Positions 26,925 through 40,913 of a stretch of 64,000 bases of DNA are shown here, one piece after another. Under the pieces are notes generated by a model. It saw only the letters and a program-made list of their open reading frames with translations, was not told the DNA's origin and made no database searches. The translations under genes and the position numbers were made by a program. Source of the stretch: Verrucomicrobiales bacterium (GTDB lineage Bacteria; Verrucomicrobiota; Verrucomicrobiia; Verrucomicrobiales; V1-33); assembly GCA_947460575.1 (NCBI GenBank), contig CANHIJ010000005.1, forward strand, positions 2,388 to 66,387, given 5' to 3'. Positions within the stretch are counted from its first letter, which is position 1. Each line of letters begins with the position of its first letter.

Positions 26925-28694
26925 TCAGGATACAAAGAGCTCGCTGTAGTATTGCAGGGCCACATCGCGGCAGCGATCCCGAATCTTGGCCGTCTCTCCT
27001 AATAGCAATACATCCTGCACCAGCCGGGCGCAGCGCTCCGCGGGCAGCTTGCGGATGGCATACTTCACCATCGGCAACTGCGGGGTGCTCATGCTCAACT
27101 CGTGGAACCCGAGGCCCACCAGCAGGGGCGTCAACTGAATGTCCCCCGCCATTTCACCGCAAACCCCAGTCCAGATGCCCGCGCGGCGCGCCGCATCGCT
27201 GATGTGCACCAACAACTTGAGGATCCCCGGGTGACAGGGTTGATAGAGGTCCGCGACCATGTCGTTGCCGCGGTCCACCGCTAGAGCGTACTGAATAAGA
27301 TCGTTCGTCCCAATGCTAAAAAAGTCCACTTCCCGGGCCAAGCTGTCGGCCATGAGGGCCGCGCTGGGGACTTCGATCATGGCTCCCGTCTCCATGGTTT
27401 CGTCAAAGGGGATGCCCTCAGCGCGCAGTTCCTCGCGGCATTCCTGGAGGGTGGCGCGGGCCTCGCGGAGTTCCTCCAGGCCGGAGATCATGGGAAACAT
27501 GACCCGGACTTTGCCCGCAGCACTGGCGCGGAGGATGGCGCGCAGCTGGGTCTTGAAAAGCTGGCGACGCTTCAGCGAGACCCGGATGCCCCGCCAGCCC
27601 AAAAAGGGATTGGCCTCGGTCAGGCTGCCGTGGATGGAGTGCAGCTTGTCGCCCCCGACATCCAGGGTGCGAATGATAGCGCCCTCCGACCCCGCGGCGC
27701 GGGCGATGCGGGTGTAGTTTGCCGCCTGCTCGTCCTCGCTGGGGAGGCTAGGGCGATTTAGAAAAAGAAACTCCGTGCGGTAGAGGCCCACGCCCTCCGC
27801 GCCCCAGGCCTTGACCTCGGCCATTTCGCTCTCAAACTCGATGTTGGCGGCCAGGATGATGCGGCGCCCATCGCAGGTCTCCGCGGGGAGCTCCACCATT
27901 TCCCGGAGGTGCCTTTCCAGGGCGGCCTTCTTGCGCCGCGTCACCGCATAGTTAGCGAGGGTCTCCGCGCTGGGGTTGATGATGAGGAGGCCCTGGTAGC
28001 CGTCGAGGAGCGCATCTTGCCCGGTGTGAAAGCGCGCCGTGATGTCCGGCAACCCCACCACCGCGGGGATCCCCATGGACCGCGCCATAATGGTGCTGTG
28101 ACTGGTGTGGCTGCCTCCCTCCGTGGCAAATCCCAAAACCGTTCCCCGATCCAGCACCGCGGTATCGCTAGGAGTGAGCTCGGTGCAGAGAAGCACGTGC
28201 GCTTCCCCTGGAATCTGCTCCGGCTGCGTCCCGCGCAAATTGCGCACCACCCGGCGGGCGACGTCCTCAATGTCCACCGTGCGCTCCCGCAGGTATTCGT
28301 CGCCAATCCGCCTCAGGGTTTCCACATAGCGGCTCATCACCCCATAAAAAGCCCCCTCCGCCTTTTGCGGCGGATGCTCCAGCCGCGCAAAAACCTCGTC
28401 CAGCACCGACCGGTCTTCTAACATGAGAAGGTGGGCGTCAAAAATGTCGGCGTCCTTCGTGCCGACCTCGAGGGCGATGCGGTCCCGCATCACCTCCAGT
28501 TGCTGCCGGGTGGTGTCCAGGGCCTGGCGGAGACGCTCCCGCTCGCCCGCGACCCCTTCGGGAGAAATTTCTTCCGCTTCAGGAACTTCAAACACGGCGG
28601 TGGAGATATGCACCGGCCCCCGGGCGATGCCCGGAGACACGCCGATCCCCACGAGGATCATTTCCTCGCTGGGATGGACGGGTTTTAGCAACAT
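26925..28694 (-). CDS. ptsI: phosphoenolpyruvate-protein phosphotransferase (PTS enzyme I)
   Basis: Sequence GIGVSPGIARGP...DADIFDAHLLMLED...GGSHTSHSTIMARSMGIPAVVG (phosphohistidine region)...YRTEFLF...FFSIGTNDLIQY is colinear with EI. Start at MLLKP (complement 28692-28694) or MILVG. No HPr or EII gene in the window. Confidence 0.88.
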   Translation of the reverse strand: MLLKPVHPSEEMILVGIGVSPGIARGPVHISTAVFEVPEAEEISPEGVAGERERLRQALDTTRQQLEVMRDRIALEVGTKDADIFDAHLLMLEDRSVLDEVFARLEHPPQKAEGAFYGVMSRYVETLRRIGDEYLRERTVDIEDVARRVVRNLRGTQPEQIPGEAHVLLCTELTPSDTAVLDRGTVLGFATEGGSHTSHSTIMARSMGIPAVVGLPDITARFHTGQDALLDGYQGLLIINPSAETLANYAVTRRKKAALERHLREMVELPAETCDGRRIILAANIEFESEMAEVKAWGAEGVGLYRTEFLFLNRPSLPSEDEQAANYTRIARAAGSEGAIIRTLDVGGDKLHSIHGSLTEANPFLGWRGIRVSLKRRQLFKTQLRAILRASAAGKVRVMFPMISGLEELREARATLQECREELRAEGIPFDETMETGAMIEVPSAALMADSLAREVDFFSIGTNDLIQYALAVDRGNDMVADLYQPCHPGILKLLVHISDAARRAGIWTGVCGEMAGDIQLTPLLVGLGFHELSMSTPQLPMVKYAIRKLPAERCARLVQDVLLLGETAKIRDRCRDVALQYYSELFVS

Positions 28695-28863
28695 AGCAGA
28701 GCGGACATTGGCGATTTGGCGGCCCGATGCAAGAGCGCGCCCCCAAGGTCCGGACCTGGGGAAACTGATTACGCCAGGGGCAGTCCTCACTTGCATCGCC
28801 GAGCGCTATTTCTAAAACTGCCCACCCCGCGACCCCGCCCCATCCCCCAACTCGCCTTCTGCC

Positions 28864-29958
28864 ATGCTCGCCCTCCGCCCCGCCGCATCCTGCCTCTACG
28901 ACTGCGTTTCCCTCGGGGAAATCATGCTCCGGTTGGATCCCGGCGAGGGAAGAGTGCGCTCCGCCCGGGAATTCAAGGTCTGGGAGGGCGGCGGCGAATA
29001 CAACGTGGCCCGCGGCTTGCGCAAGTGCTTCGGCCTCCGCACCGCCGTGGTCACCGCTTTCGCCGACAATGACGTGGGCCGCCTCGTCGAAGATTGCATC
29101 ATGCAGGGCGGCGTCGACGTCAGCTGGATCAAGTGGGTGCCATACGACGGAATCGGGCGCCGCGTCCGCGTCGGACTCAATTTCACCGAGCGCGGCTTCG
29201 GCATCCGGGGCGCCAAGGGCATTCCCGACCGCGGCCACACTGCCGCGAGCCAACTGCAGCCTGGCGACATCGATTGGGAACACCTCTTCGGCCGCCAGGG
29301 GGTCCGCTGGTTTCACACCGGCGGCATTTTCGCCGCCCTCAGCGACACCACCCCAGAGGTCGTCATCGAAGCCGTGGAGTGCGCCCGCAAGCACGGCACC
29401 ATCGTCAGCTACGACCTCAACTACCGCCCCAGCCTCTGGCAGAGCATCGGCGGCAAGGCCCGCGCCCAAGCGGTGAACCGCCGCATCGCTCGCAGCGTCG
29501 ACGTCATGATCGGCAACGAGGAAGACTTCACCGCCAGCCTCGGCATGGAGGTCGAGGGCGTCGATGAACACATCAGCCACATCGAGCTGGACAGCTTCAA
29601 GGCCATGATCCAGCGCGCCGTCACCGAATTCCCTAACTTCAAGGTGGCCGCCACCACCCTGCGCACCGTGCAGAGCGCCACCCTCAACGACTGGGGCGCG
29701 ATTTGCTGGCACGACGGCCAATTTCACAGCGCCCCAGACCGCCCGCGCCTGGAAATCTTGGATCGGGTGGGCGGCGGCGACAGCTTTGCGAGCGGCTTGG
29801 TCTACGGCTTTTTAGAGTTCAACGACGCCGCCAAAGCAGTTTGCTATGGCGCCGCCCACGGCGCCCTAGCCATGACCACCCCAGGCGACACCAGCATGGC
29901 GACTCTCGCCGAGGTCGCCAAGGAAGTGGCCGGAGGCAGCAAGCGGGTGGAGCGCTGA
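28864..29958 (+). CDS. kdgK: PfkB-family sugar kinase, 2-keto-3-deoxygluconate-kinase-like
   Basis: Motifs GEIMLRLDPGEG...GGGEYNVARGL...and C-terminal DRVGGGDSFASGL (PfkB anion hole/ATP motif). Confidence 0.6.
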   Translation: MLALRPAASCLYDCVSLGEIMLRLDPGEGRVRSAREFKVWEGGGEYNVARGLRKCFGLRTAVVTAFADNDVGRLVEDCIMQGGVDVSWIKWVPYDGIGRRVRVGLNFTERGFGIRGAKGIPDRGHTAASQLQPGDIDWEHLFGRQGVRWFHTGGIFAALSDTTPEVVIEAVECARKHGTIVSYDLNYRPSLWQSIGGKARAQAVNRRIARSVDVMIGNEEDFTASLGMEVEGVDEHISHIELDSFKAMIQRAVTEFPNFKVAATTLRTVQSATLNDWGAICWHDGQFHSAPDRPRLEILDRVGGGDSFASGLVYGFLEFNDAAKAVCYGAAHGALAMTTPGDTSMATLAEVAKEVAGGSKRVER

Positions 29959-30036
29959 AGCCCGGGCCGCCCCGCAAAGTATCGGCTTGCCGCGGCCGCC
30001 GCCGCGGCCACTGTGGGCCACTTTTATCCTCAACCT

Positions 30037-31161
30037 ATGGGCCCTGCTGAATCAAAACCGCCGCACCGCCTGGTGATTGCCTGCGGGGGAACCGGGGGCC
30101 ATTTGTTTCCCGGCATCGCGGTGGCCCAAGAGGCCCAGCGGCGCGGCTGGGCGACCCTGTTGTTGATCTCCGAAAAACAAATCGACGCCCTAGCCGTGCA
30201 GGGACACGCCGATTTGCGCTTCGAAAAAGTGCCCGCGGTGGCCATGCCCAAGCTCCTCTCCCTAGCCATGGGGCGCTTTTTGTGGCGCATTTGGCGCACC
30301 CGGCGGCACTGCCAAAAACTGCTCCAGGATTTCCAAGCCGACGCCGTGCTCGGGATGGGCGGCTTCACCTCCCTCCCGCCGGTGTGGGCCGGGCGGGCCC
30401 TCGGCCTGCGCACCTTTGTCCATGAATCCAATGCCGTGCCCGGCAAGGCCAATCGCCTAACCGCCCGCTTTTGCCACGGCGTGTTGCTCGGCCTAGAGGC
30501 CTGCGCGCACTTTTTTCCCGCGGGCCGCACTTTGGTGACCGGGACTCCGCTGCGCCGCGCCCTCGCCACCCGCCCGGAGCGCGGGGCCGCGCGGCGCTTC
30601 TTTGGCCTCGCCGAAGAAAAGCAAACCGTCCTCGTGATGGGAGGCAGCCAGGGCGCCCGCGGCGTCAACCGGGCCGTGGTCGAGGCCCTGCCCAAGCTGG
30701 CCGCCCTGGGCGCCCAAGTGATCCACCTGAGCGGGCCCTCGGAATGCGACGCCCTCCGCGCCGCCTACGCCCAGTCCGCGGTGCCAGCCGCCGTGCTTCC
30801 CTTTTGTCAGGAGATGGGCTTGGCCTACGCCGCGGCCGATGTGGCGGTGTCCCGCAGCGGGGCCTCCAGCTTAACTGAACTGGCGGCCTTCGCCCTGCCG
30901 GTGATTCTGGTGCCCTATCCCACCGCCGCCGACGACCACCAGCGGCGCAATGCCGAGGTCTTCACCCGCGCGGGCGCCGCCCTAGCGGTGGAGGAAGCCG
31001 ACCTCCGCGACGGGTTGCTCGGCGATATCCTGACAAACCTACTGGAAGACGAACCCGCCCGCCAGCGCCTCGGCGCCGCCCTCCAGGGCCTCGCCCCAGG
31101 CAATGCCGCGGCCCAGGTCTGCGACGCCATCGCCCACTGGAACCCGCGCCCCCATTCCTGA
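30037..31161 (+). CDS. murG: UDP-GlcNAc:lipid I N-acetylglucosaminyltransferase
   Basis: Motifs HRLVIACGGTGGHLFPGIAVAQE...and C-terminal SRSGASSLTELAAFALPVILVPYPTAADDHQRRNA, typical of MurG. Start ATG 30037; the track gives GTG 30013. Confidence 0.85.
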   Translation: MGPAESKPPHRLVIACGGTGGHLFPGIAVAQEAQRRGWATLLLISEKQIDALAVQGHADLRFEKVPAVAMPKLLSLAMGRFLWRIWRTRRHCQKLLQDFQADAVLGMGGFTSLPPVWAGRALGLRTFVHESNAVPGKANRLTARFCHGVLLGLEACAHFFPAGRTLVTGTPLRRALATRPERGAARRFFGLAEEKQTVLVMGGSQGARGVNRAVVEALPKLAALGAQVIHLSGPSECDALRAAYAQSAVPAAVLPFCQEMGLAYAAADVAVSRSGASSLTELAAFALPVILVPYPTAADDHQRRNAEVFTRAGAALAVEEADLRDGLLGDILTNLLEDEPARQRLGAALQGLAPGNAAAQVCDAIAHWNPRPHS

Positions 31162-31221
31162 AGCCCGCCCCCCAGCCAAACTTTCAGCTGTCCCCGCCAG
31201 GCTTCTGCGCCATAGAGGCCC

Positions 31222-33186
31222 ATGTCCCTTTTTGATACCCCCGAAGACAACTACGCCCTGCGCACCCGGGCCGCCGGGCCGCCCGGAGAGTTGCCTTTAA
31301 CTGATCGCATGCTGCGCGAGTGGCCCAGCGGGCACCTCTTTGGACTCTCCCAAAATGCCGGGATGGGCTGGAAAGCCGCCGAATTGGGCCGCCCCCAGTG
31401 GCTCATTTTAAGCACCCAAGGCGGAATGCGCGACGAGGCCGGGCAACCCGTGGCCCTCGGCTATCACACCGGCCATTGGGAAATCGCCCAGCAGGTGCGC
31501 GCCGCCGCCGAAGAACTGCGCCGCCTCGGCGGCATGCCCTTTGCCGCCTTTGTCTCCGATCCCTGCGACGGGCGGACCCAGGGAACTACCGGCATGTTCG
31601 ACAGCTTGCCCTATCGAAATGATGCCGCCCAAGTATTCCGCCGCCTCATCCGCAGCCTGCCGCAGCGCCGCGGGGTGCTCGGGGTCGCCACCTGCGACAA
31701 GGGCCTGCCCGCCATGATGATGGCCCTAGCAGCCATGACCGACCTGCCCGTGATGCTGGTGCCCGGGGGCGTCACTTTGCCCCCAGAAACCGGAGAAGAC
31801 GCCGGAGCCGTGCAAACCCTCGGAGCCCGCTACGCCCACGGCATGGTCAGCCTGCAGGAGGCCGCCGAGGCCGGTTGCCGGGCCTGCGCCTCGCCCGGTG
31901 GCGGCTGCCAATTTATGGGCACCGCCGCTACCAGCCAAGTCGTCGGAGAAGCCCTCGGCTTGAGCCTCCCCCACAGCGCCCTAGCTCCCAGCGGTGAGGC
32001 CGTGTGGCTAGAACTGGCCCGCCGCTCGGCCCGCGCCCTGGTCGCCCTCGGCGAGGCCGGACTGCGCAGCCGTGACATTCTAACCGACGCTGCGCTGCGC
32101 AATGCCATGACGGTGCACGCCGCCTTCGGCGGCTCCACCAATCTCCTCCTCCACATCCCCGCCATCGCTCACGCCGCAGGCCTCCGGCGCCCCGAAGTGG
32201 CCGACTGGGCCGCCGTCAACCGGGCCACTCCCCGCCTCGTCAGCGTGCTCCCCAACGGCCCCGTGCACCACCCCACCGTGCGGGTCTACCTCGCCGGCGG
32301 AGTCCCCGAAGTCATGCTCTCCCTCCGCGACCTCGGCTTGCTCGACCTTTCTGTTTTAACCGTTAGCGGGCAGCGGCTCGAGGCGGTCCTGCGCGCCTGG
32401 GAAGGCGGGGAGCGGCGGCGCCGCTTCCGCGACTTGCTCTTTGCCAAAGACGGCATCGATCCCAACGCCGTGATCCTCAGCCCCGCCGCCGCCGCCGCCG
32501 CGGGCATGGCGAGCACAGTAACTTTCCTAACAGGAAACGTCTGCCCCGAGGGGGCCATCATCAAGAGCGCCGCGATCGATCCCCAAGTGGTGGACGCCGA
32601 TGGAGTCTACCGCCTCGAAGGGCCGGTGCGCTTTTTCACCAGCGAAAAGCAGGCCATGGCCGCCCTCAAGGAAGGCTCCATCCAAGCCGGCCAGGTGATG
32701 GTCCTAGCCGGCTGCGGCCCCCTCGGCACTGGGATGGAGGAAACCTATCAATTGACTTCAGCCCTGAAATTCCTCCCCTTCGGCAAGGAGGTCGCCCTCA
32801 TCACCGACGCCCGCTTTTCCGGCGTCAGCACTGGCGCCTGCATCGGCCACGTGGGGCCAGAGGCCCTCGCGGGCGGCCCCCTCGGCAAGCTCCAAGAGGG
32901 AGACCGCCTGCGCCTAACTATCGATCTCAGGCGGCTCTCCGGGACGGTCCATTTCGTGGGATCCGCCACCGCGCCGCTCTCGCCCGAGGAGGGGGCGCGG
33001 CGGCTCGCGCAGCGGCCTAGCCAAAGCTCGCTGGCCCCACACCCAGACCTGCCAGACGACACCAAGCTCTGGGCCGCCCTTCAACAAGCCAGCGGCGGAA
33101 CTTGGGGCGGCTGCGTTTTCGATGCCCCCTCGATCGTGGCCCAACTGGCCCGGGGCGCCGCCCCGCCCTCCCCAACCACAAGTTAA
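31222..33186 (+). CDS. IlvD/Edd-family sugar-acid dehydratase, YjhG/YagF (xylonate dehydratase)-like
   Basis: 654 aa. Motifs [38 protein letters not shown] and [21 protein letters not shown]. The length and N-terminal region resemble the YjhG/YagF branch rather than IlvD. Confidence 0.75.
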   Translation: MSLFDTPEDNYALRTRAAGPPGELPLTDRMLREWPSGHLFGLSQNAGMGWKAAELGRPQWLILSTQGGMRDEAGQPVALGYHTGHWEIAQQVRAAAEELRRLGGMPFAAFVSDPCDGRTQGTTGMFDSLPYRNDAAQVFRRLIRSLPQRRGVLGVATCDKGLPAMMMALAAMTDLPVMLVPGGVTLPPETGEDAGAVQTLGARYAHGMVSLQEAAEAGCRACASPGGGCQFMGTAATSQVVGEALGLSLPHSALAPSGEAVWLELARRSARALVALGEAGLRSRDILTDAALRNAMTVHAAFGGSTNLLLHIPAIAHAAGLRRPEVADWAAVNRATPRLVSVLPNGPVHHPTVRVYLAGGVPEVMLSLRDLGLLDLSVLTVSGQRLEAVLRAWEGGERRRRFRDLLFAKDGIDPNAVILSPAAAAAAGMASTVTFLTGNVCPEGAIIKSAAIDPQVVDADGVYRLEGPVRFFTSEKQAMAALKEGSIQAGQVMVLAGCGPLGTGMEETYQLTSALKFLPFGKEVALITDARFSGVSTGACIGHVGPEALAGGPLGKLQEGDRLRLTIDLRRLSGTVHFVGSATAPLSPEEGARRLAQRPSQSSLAPHPDLPDDTKLWAALQQASGGTWGGCVFDAPSIVAQLARGAAPPSPTTS

Positions 33187-34082
33187 GAGGGCGGCAGCCG
33201 CAGGCAGCGCCGCGTGACCTCGCGGCTGAAGGTGGTGTCCGCGCCGCGCCCCGAGGTCCCGGAGTCGGCGCGCTGGCTGAGTTTCATCGTCGTCTTCAAG
33301 GTCTCTTTTAAAAGGGGCAGCGCCGGGTCGAGGGGAAACCATCGGACCGCCGTGGAGTTCACTTCGCTGTCTTTTAAAGGGCGCTCCGGAGGGGCGTTGC
33401 GGAAGGCCTTCGGAACGATGTGATAGACGGTGGTCGTGGCCAGCGCCGCGATCCCCGCTTCCTCGGCCGGGCCGTCTAAACAAATCTCCCCCGTGGAAGC
33501 CGCGGCGTCGATGATGAAAGCACTGGTCGCGGCGATGGCGATGGCGAGGCGCTCGGGATCTGCCCTCCAGCGCTCCCCGGGCTGGCGCGCTCGATGGTTG
33601 AGAAAAACCTCGTCCTCCGACGGCTCATGGGCCGAGGGCAACTTGGCGCCAGCCAGATTCAAGGCGTCGCTGAGCGTGCCCTGGAGTTCATCGCGGCCCA
33701 GGCGATAGCGGGTTTGGTCGCCGTCGGCCGAAGCCGTGATCTGAGTGCCCGCAGGGAATTGCTCCTGGGGCCCCGAGCCATCGTTGGTGACGAGGCGTTC
33801 CACCGTGATCAAGACCTCCCGCGCCCGGCCGTCGCCGTCGACCGCCTTGACCTCATGGGTGGCGGCGTAGCTAACCTCCAAATGCTCCTCGGTGACTTCC
33901 TGCGCCCGGCTCGGCGTGGTCGCCACCACCCGGCGGTCCTGTTGCCCGCTCGCCACTATTGCGCAGCGCTCGCCGACCACCGCGCGGCGATCGAGGTGAA
34001 GTTGCCAGGCGGTATCCCCAGCACGGGTCGGGCCTGCGGCAAAACAAAGGCAGGCGGAGAGGTACCAAGCGGGGCGCGTCAT
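33183..34082 (-). CDS. secreted hypothetical protein
   Basis: Trimmed to [22 protein letters not shown] (signal peptide; ATG complement 34080-34082). No family recognised. Its 3' end overlaps the dehydratase stop by 4 nt (convergent). Confidence 0.5.
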   Translation of the reverse strand: MTRPAWYLSACLCFAAGPTRAGDTAWQLHLDRRAVVGERCAIVASGQQDRRVVATTPSRAQEVTEEHLEVSYAATHEVKAVDGDGRAREVLITVERLVTNDGSGPQEQFPAGTQITASADGDQTRYRLGRDELQGTLSDALNLAGAKLPSAHEPSEDEVFLNHRARQPGERWRADPERLAIAIAATSAFIIDAAASTGEICLDGPAEEAGIAALATTTVYHIVPKAFRNAPPERPLKDSEVNSTAVRWFPLDPALPLLKETLKTTMKLSQRADSGTSGRGADTTFSREVTRRCLRLPPS

Positions 34083-34144
34083 GAACTCAGGATGGCGCGA
34101 AACCGCCCCGCTGCCAATCATTTCCCCAAGGCCGCCGCCCCGAT

Positions 34145-35122
34145 TCAGCCAAACGCCTGCAAGAAACAAACCTCCATCGCTAACACCTCAAGGACATTGG
34201 TCTCGAGATGCCCGCGCAATTCCTCAATCGCCTTGAGGCGGCGGTGCAGCTCATCCTCGCTAAAGTTGGCGGCGACCCGCTCGGTCAGCGCCGCGTAGGT
34301 CGGCAAATCCAGCCGCTCCAAGCTGTGGCGGCGGCGCAGCAACTCTCCCAGCCAAGTGAAGAGGGTGGCCACCAGGAGGTTGCGCTGTTCCTTGTAGGCT
34401 CCTAGCGAAAGGAATCCGTAGTACTCCTTCCGCTCGCGCAGCCAGGCCCCATCGGTGCTCCGCGCATAGCGTTCCGTCTCCTCTTTGAGGCTCGCCTTGT
34501 AGTCTTCTTCAATCTCCTCCCGCAGCCCCGCCAGGATGTTTTGAAAATCCGCCAGCAGCCCCATGGCCCGGGTCGGGCTCGGCGCCCCCGCGGAAAAATA
34601 AGCCGCGAGAATGTCTAGCAGGGTGCGCTGCGGGTCTGTCAGGACCATGCCGCCACTCTGCGCCCGGTACAAGGTCAGGCGCACGCAGCGCGACCGCACC
34701 GTCTCGAGCAGTTTCTCCGGCAAGCAGCTCAACAACAGGATCAACGTGTCCGGGGGCGGTTCTTCCAGCGTTTTGAGAAAAGCGTTGGTAGCTTCTGGCC
34801 CCAGGCGGTCGGCCTGGCTGAAAACAATAATGCGGCGTCCGCCCTCGGACCGGGAAAACTGGACCGCGCTGATGACCTCGCGCACATCGTCGATCTTGAT
34901 GATGCGAGATTTTGACTGCGGCTCCAGGACCAAGGCCCCGCGCTGCCGTAGGTCCTCCAAGGTCTCCGCTCCCGTCCAGCCATTCACCATGGAGGCGGTC
35001 GCGATGGCCAGTTCTTGCAGGTCCGCCAAATCCGGCCCGCTGAGGAGTAGGGCATGCGCCAGCCGTCCCTTTTCGTGGGCGGCGCGCAACAGGGAAAGAG
35101 CTTGATCAGGAGCAAAGGCCAT
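34145..35122 (-). CDS. holB: DNA polymerase III delta-prime subunit
   Basis: Motifs RLAHALLLSGP...NAFLKTLEEPPPDTLILLLS...TVRSRC (clamp-loader AAA+ sensor motifs). Located immediately downstream of tmk, as in many bacteria. Confidence 0.8.
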   Translation of the reverse strand: MAFAPDQALSLLRAAHEKGRLAHALLLSGPDLADLQELAIATASMVNGWTGAETLEDLRQRGALVLEPQSKSRIIKIDDVREVISAVQFSRSEGGRRIIVFSQADRLGPEATNAFLKTLEEPPPDTLILLLSCLPEKLLETVRSRCVRLTLYRAQSGGMVLTDPQRTLLDILAAYFSAGAPSPTRAMGLLADFQNILAGLREEIEEDYKASLKEETERYARSTDGAWLRERKEYYGFLSLGAYKEQRNLLVATLFTWLGELLRRRHSLERLDLPTYAALTERVAANFSEDELHRRLKAIEELRGHLETNVLEVLAMEVCFLQAFG

Positions 35123-35747
35123 AGCCGCGTTCGTTCAGGGTTTGCAAAATCTGCCGGTGCACTTCCTCCGCAGGGAGCGCTGCGTCCAACACGCAAAAGC
35201 GCCCCGGTTCCTCCCTCGCCAAAGCCAGATAGGCGCGGCGCACCGTTTCATAAAAAGATATCTCCGCCTCCTCCATCCGGTCGCGCCGCCCCGCCTGGCG
35301 GGCCCGCGCCCGCGCCAGCCCCGCGGCCGCATCCAGGTCCAACAAAAAGGTCACATCCGGCCGACAGCCTCCCGCCGCAAAGCCATTCACCGCCGCCACC
35401 AACTCCGCCGACAACTCCCGCCCACTGCCTTGGTACACCGTCGTCGAATCCAAAAAGCGGTCCGCTACCACCAGCCCCCCCGCCGCCAAAAATGGCTCAA
35501 TTTTCTCCCGCACCAACTGCGCCCGGCTCGCCGCAAAGAGCAGCAATTCCGCCTCCCGCGTCATGGCCCCATTGTCCGGGTGGTACTTTAACAAATGCCG
35601 GATGACCTCCCCAATGGCGGTGCCCCCCGGCTCGCGCACCGGCAACACTGACCGACCCTGCCCCTGCCAATAGCTCTGCAGCATCCCGATCTGGGTGGAT
35701 TTACCACACCCTTCCCCGCCTTCAAAACTGACAAAAAATCCCGCCAT
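35106..35747 (-). CDS. tmk: thymidylate kinase
   Basis: Sequence MAGFFVSFEGGEGCGKSTQ (P-loop)...REPGGT.IGE.IR...DRF.DST..YQG. Start at complement 35745-35747. Overlaps holB by 17 nt. Confidence 0.88.
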   Translation of the reverse strand: MAGFFVSFEGGEGCGKSTQIGMLQSYWQGQGRSVLPVREPGGTAIGEVIRHLLKYHPDNGAMTREAELLLFAASRAQLVREKIEPFLAAGGLVVADRFLDSTTVYQGSGRELSAELVAAVNGFAAGGCRPDVTFLLDLDAAAGLARARARQAGRRDRMEEAEISFYETVRRAYLALAREEPGRFCVLDAALPAEEVHRQILQTLNERGYGLCS

Positions 35748-35919
35748 GCTGGAAAATAAAATTGCTCGCGCTGGGCACCGCCCAGCCGCGCCCCCTCCTA
35801 CACGCCCCTCCCGCCCCTCGCCACGGGAAAAATCCCAACCCCTCCCCCGCCGCGGTTTCTTGGAAGTTCCCCCCGCCTTTCCCGTAAGCGCATCCTCCCT
35901 CAGGTGCTTTCTTCTTCCC

Positions 35920-37185
35920 ATGTCCCCTTCCCCTCACCTCTCCCGGCGCTGGTTTCTCAAATCCTCCGCCGCCCTCGCCAGCAGCCAAGCCCTCGCCACC
36001 TCTAGCCCTGCCGCCGCCCCCCCGGGCCCCTTGCTCGCCTACGTCGGCACTTTCAGCTCGCCGCTCCGCGATATGCTCCCCACCCAAGTGGATCTGCCCC
36101 CAGGCAACGGCCGCGGCATCCACCTCTTCCAAGTCGACCGCTCATCCGGCGCCCTCCGCCCCGTCGGCGTCTCCGAAATGGGCACCAGCCCCAGCTGCCT
36201 CGTCCCCAACGCCGCCGGATCTCACCTCTACTCCGCCAACGAAACCGAACGCCTCGGAGACACCAAAGAAGGATCTGTTAGCGCTTTTGCGGTCAACCCC
36301 GCCGACGGCCAACTCAAGCTGCTCAACGAAGTGCCCTCGGGCGGCGCCGGCCCCACCTATGTTAGCATCCATCCCTCCGGCCGATTCCTCTTCGTCGCCA
36401 ATTACTTCGGCGGCTCCGTAAGCGTTCTCCCCATCCTCCAGGACGGCAGCCTCGGCCCAGCGACCGACACCAAGGTCGCCGCCGGTTCCCTCGGCCCCAA
36501 AAAAGCCACTAGCGCCCCCCCCGGCAGCTTTGCCTTCAGCGGCCACGACCGCACCCACGCCCACATGATCCAAGCCGATCCCTCGGGCCATTTCGTCCTC
36601 CACGTCGACCTCGGCCTCGACCGCATTTTTGTTTGGAAATTCGACGCCCAAAAGGGAATCCTAACCCCCCATGACCCGCCCGCGGTCGCCCTCCCCCCAG
36701 GCGATGGCCCGCGCCACTTCCACTTCCACCCCAACGGCCGCTGGCTGTATTCCATTCAAGAGGAGGGCTCTAACATCGTCCACTTCGATTACAACGCCGG
36801 GCACCTCACCCCCCGCCTCACCGTCTCCACCCTGCCCCCCGGATTCGCCGGCAGCAATTTCTGCTCCGAAATCTTAGTCTCCGCCGACGGCCGCTTCCTC
36901 TATGCAGGCAACCGCCTCCACGACAGCATCGCGATTTTTTCCATCGGCGAAACCGGCGCCCTCACCGCCCTCGGCGAGGAGTGGACTCGCGGCAACTACC
37001 CCCGCAGCTTCAACTTCGACCCCCGCGGCCAGTTCCTCTACTGCTGCAACCAGCGCGCCGACCACCTCGCCACCTTCCGCGTCGACCCCTCATCCGGCGG
37101 CCTTCAATTCACCGGCCAGTACACTCCCGTGGGCAACCCCTCCTGCATCGTCTTCCTCGATTTAGCCAAGCCCCCCGGAAACTGA
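35920..37185 (+). CDS. Tat-exported 7-bladed beta-propeller lactonase-family protein (YbhE/Pgl-like)
   Basis: Sequence MSPSPHLSRRWFLKSSAALASSQALA (twin-Arg signal, ATG 35920), followed by YVGTFSS...GIHLFQVD..SGAL......HLYSANE...GSVSAFAV....G.L.LLN....GG.GPTYVSIHPSGRFLFVANY.GGSVSV, typical of the lactonase propeller family. Confidence 0.7.
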   Translation: MSPSPHLSRRWFLKSSAALASSQALATSSPAAAPPGPLLAYVGTFSSPLRDMLPTQVDLPPGNGRGIHLFQVDRSSGALRPVGVSEMGTSPSCLVPNAAGSHLYSANETERLGDTKEGSVSAFAVNPADGQLKLLNEVPSGGAGPTYVSIHPSGRFLFVANYFGGSVSVLPILQDGSLGPATDTKVAAGSLGPKKATSAPPGSFAFSGHDRTHAHMIQADPSGHFVLHVDLGLDRIFVWKFDAQKGILTPHDPPAVALPPGDGPRHFHFHPNGRWLYSIQEEGSNIVHFDYNAGHLTPRLTVSTLPPGFAGSNFCSEILVSADGRFLYAGNRLHDSIAIFSIGETGALTALGEEWTRGNYPRSFNFDPRGQFLYCCNQRADHLATFRVDPSSGGLQFTGQYTPVGNPSCIVFLDLAKPPGN

Positions 37186-37203
37186 CGCCCAGAGGCGCGC
37201 CCC

Positions 37204-37698
37204 TCAAGCATTCAAGCGCCACAGCGTGAAATTGAGATAGGCCGCGAAACTCACCCAAGCCAGATAGGGAACCAGCAGCCACGCCGCCACACGGTTCACT
37301 GACCAAAAGGCCCTCACCGTGCCGACAATGGCGAGCCACAGCAGCATGATTTCCGCTAGAGCCAAACCCATGCGGTGCCCGCCGAAAAAGAGGGGGGTCC
37401 ACAGCGCATTGAGGGCCAGTTGCCCCAAAAAAAGCGCTAGAGGGCGGCGCGGCGCACTCCAACCACCGCGCTGCCACACCATCCACGCAGCCACCGCCAT
37501 CATCACATAAAGCGCAGACCACACCGGCGCAAAATACCAACTGGGTGGATTCCACCGCGGTTTGGCCAGGGACGCATACCACTCACCTGGCATAAACCAA
37601 GCCCCGGGAAGCGCCGCTCCAAAACAGAGCAAGATCCAGCCCGCCAATGAGACCGCCGCGACGCCGCAGGGGAATAGAGAAGTCGACTTAGGTTTCAT
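37204..37698 (-). CDS. tspO: TspO/MBR tryptophan-rich sensory protein
   Basis: Five-TM, 164-aa protein with WY..L.KP.WNPP.W.F.PVW..LY..M..A.W and LVPY..WV.FA..LN motifs. Confidence 0.88.
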   Translation of the reverse strand: MKPKSTSLFPCGVAAVSLAGWILLCFGAALPGAWFMPGEWYASLAKPRWNPPSWYFAPVWSALYVMMAVAAWMVWQRGGWSAPRRPLALFLGQLALNALWTPLFFGGHRMGLALAEIMLLWLAIVGTVRAFWSVNRVAAWLLVPYLAWVSFAAYLNFTLWRLNA

Positions 37699-37769
37699 GG
37701 TAGAAAATAGCGTGAAGGGACGGCCCGCAGCACCTCTATCTTAGCCGAGCCATTCGGCACAAGCTAGCT

Positions 37770-40849
<3,080 letters not shown>

Positions 40850-40880
40850 GCTCCTAGCGTCTAACTTGAAAGTAGACCAG

Positions 40881-40913
40881 CGCCCCGGGCCGACCACGGT
40901 CCGGGGCGTTTTT
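40881..40913 (+). terminator. Rho-independent terminator after katG
   Basis: Stem CGCCCCGG (40881-40888) / CCGGGGCG (40901-40908) followed by TTTTT (40909-13), 32 nt after the katG stop. Confidence 0.75.
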
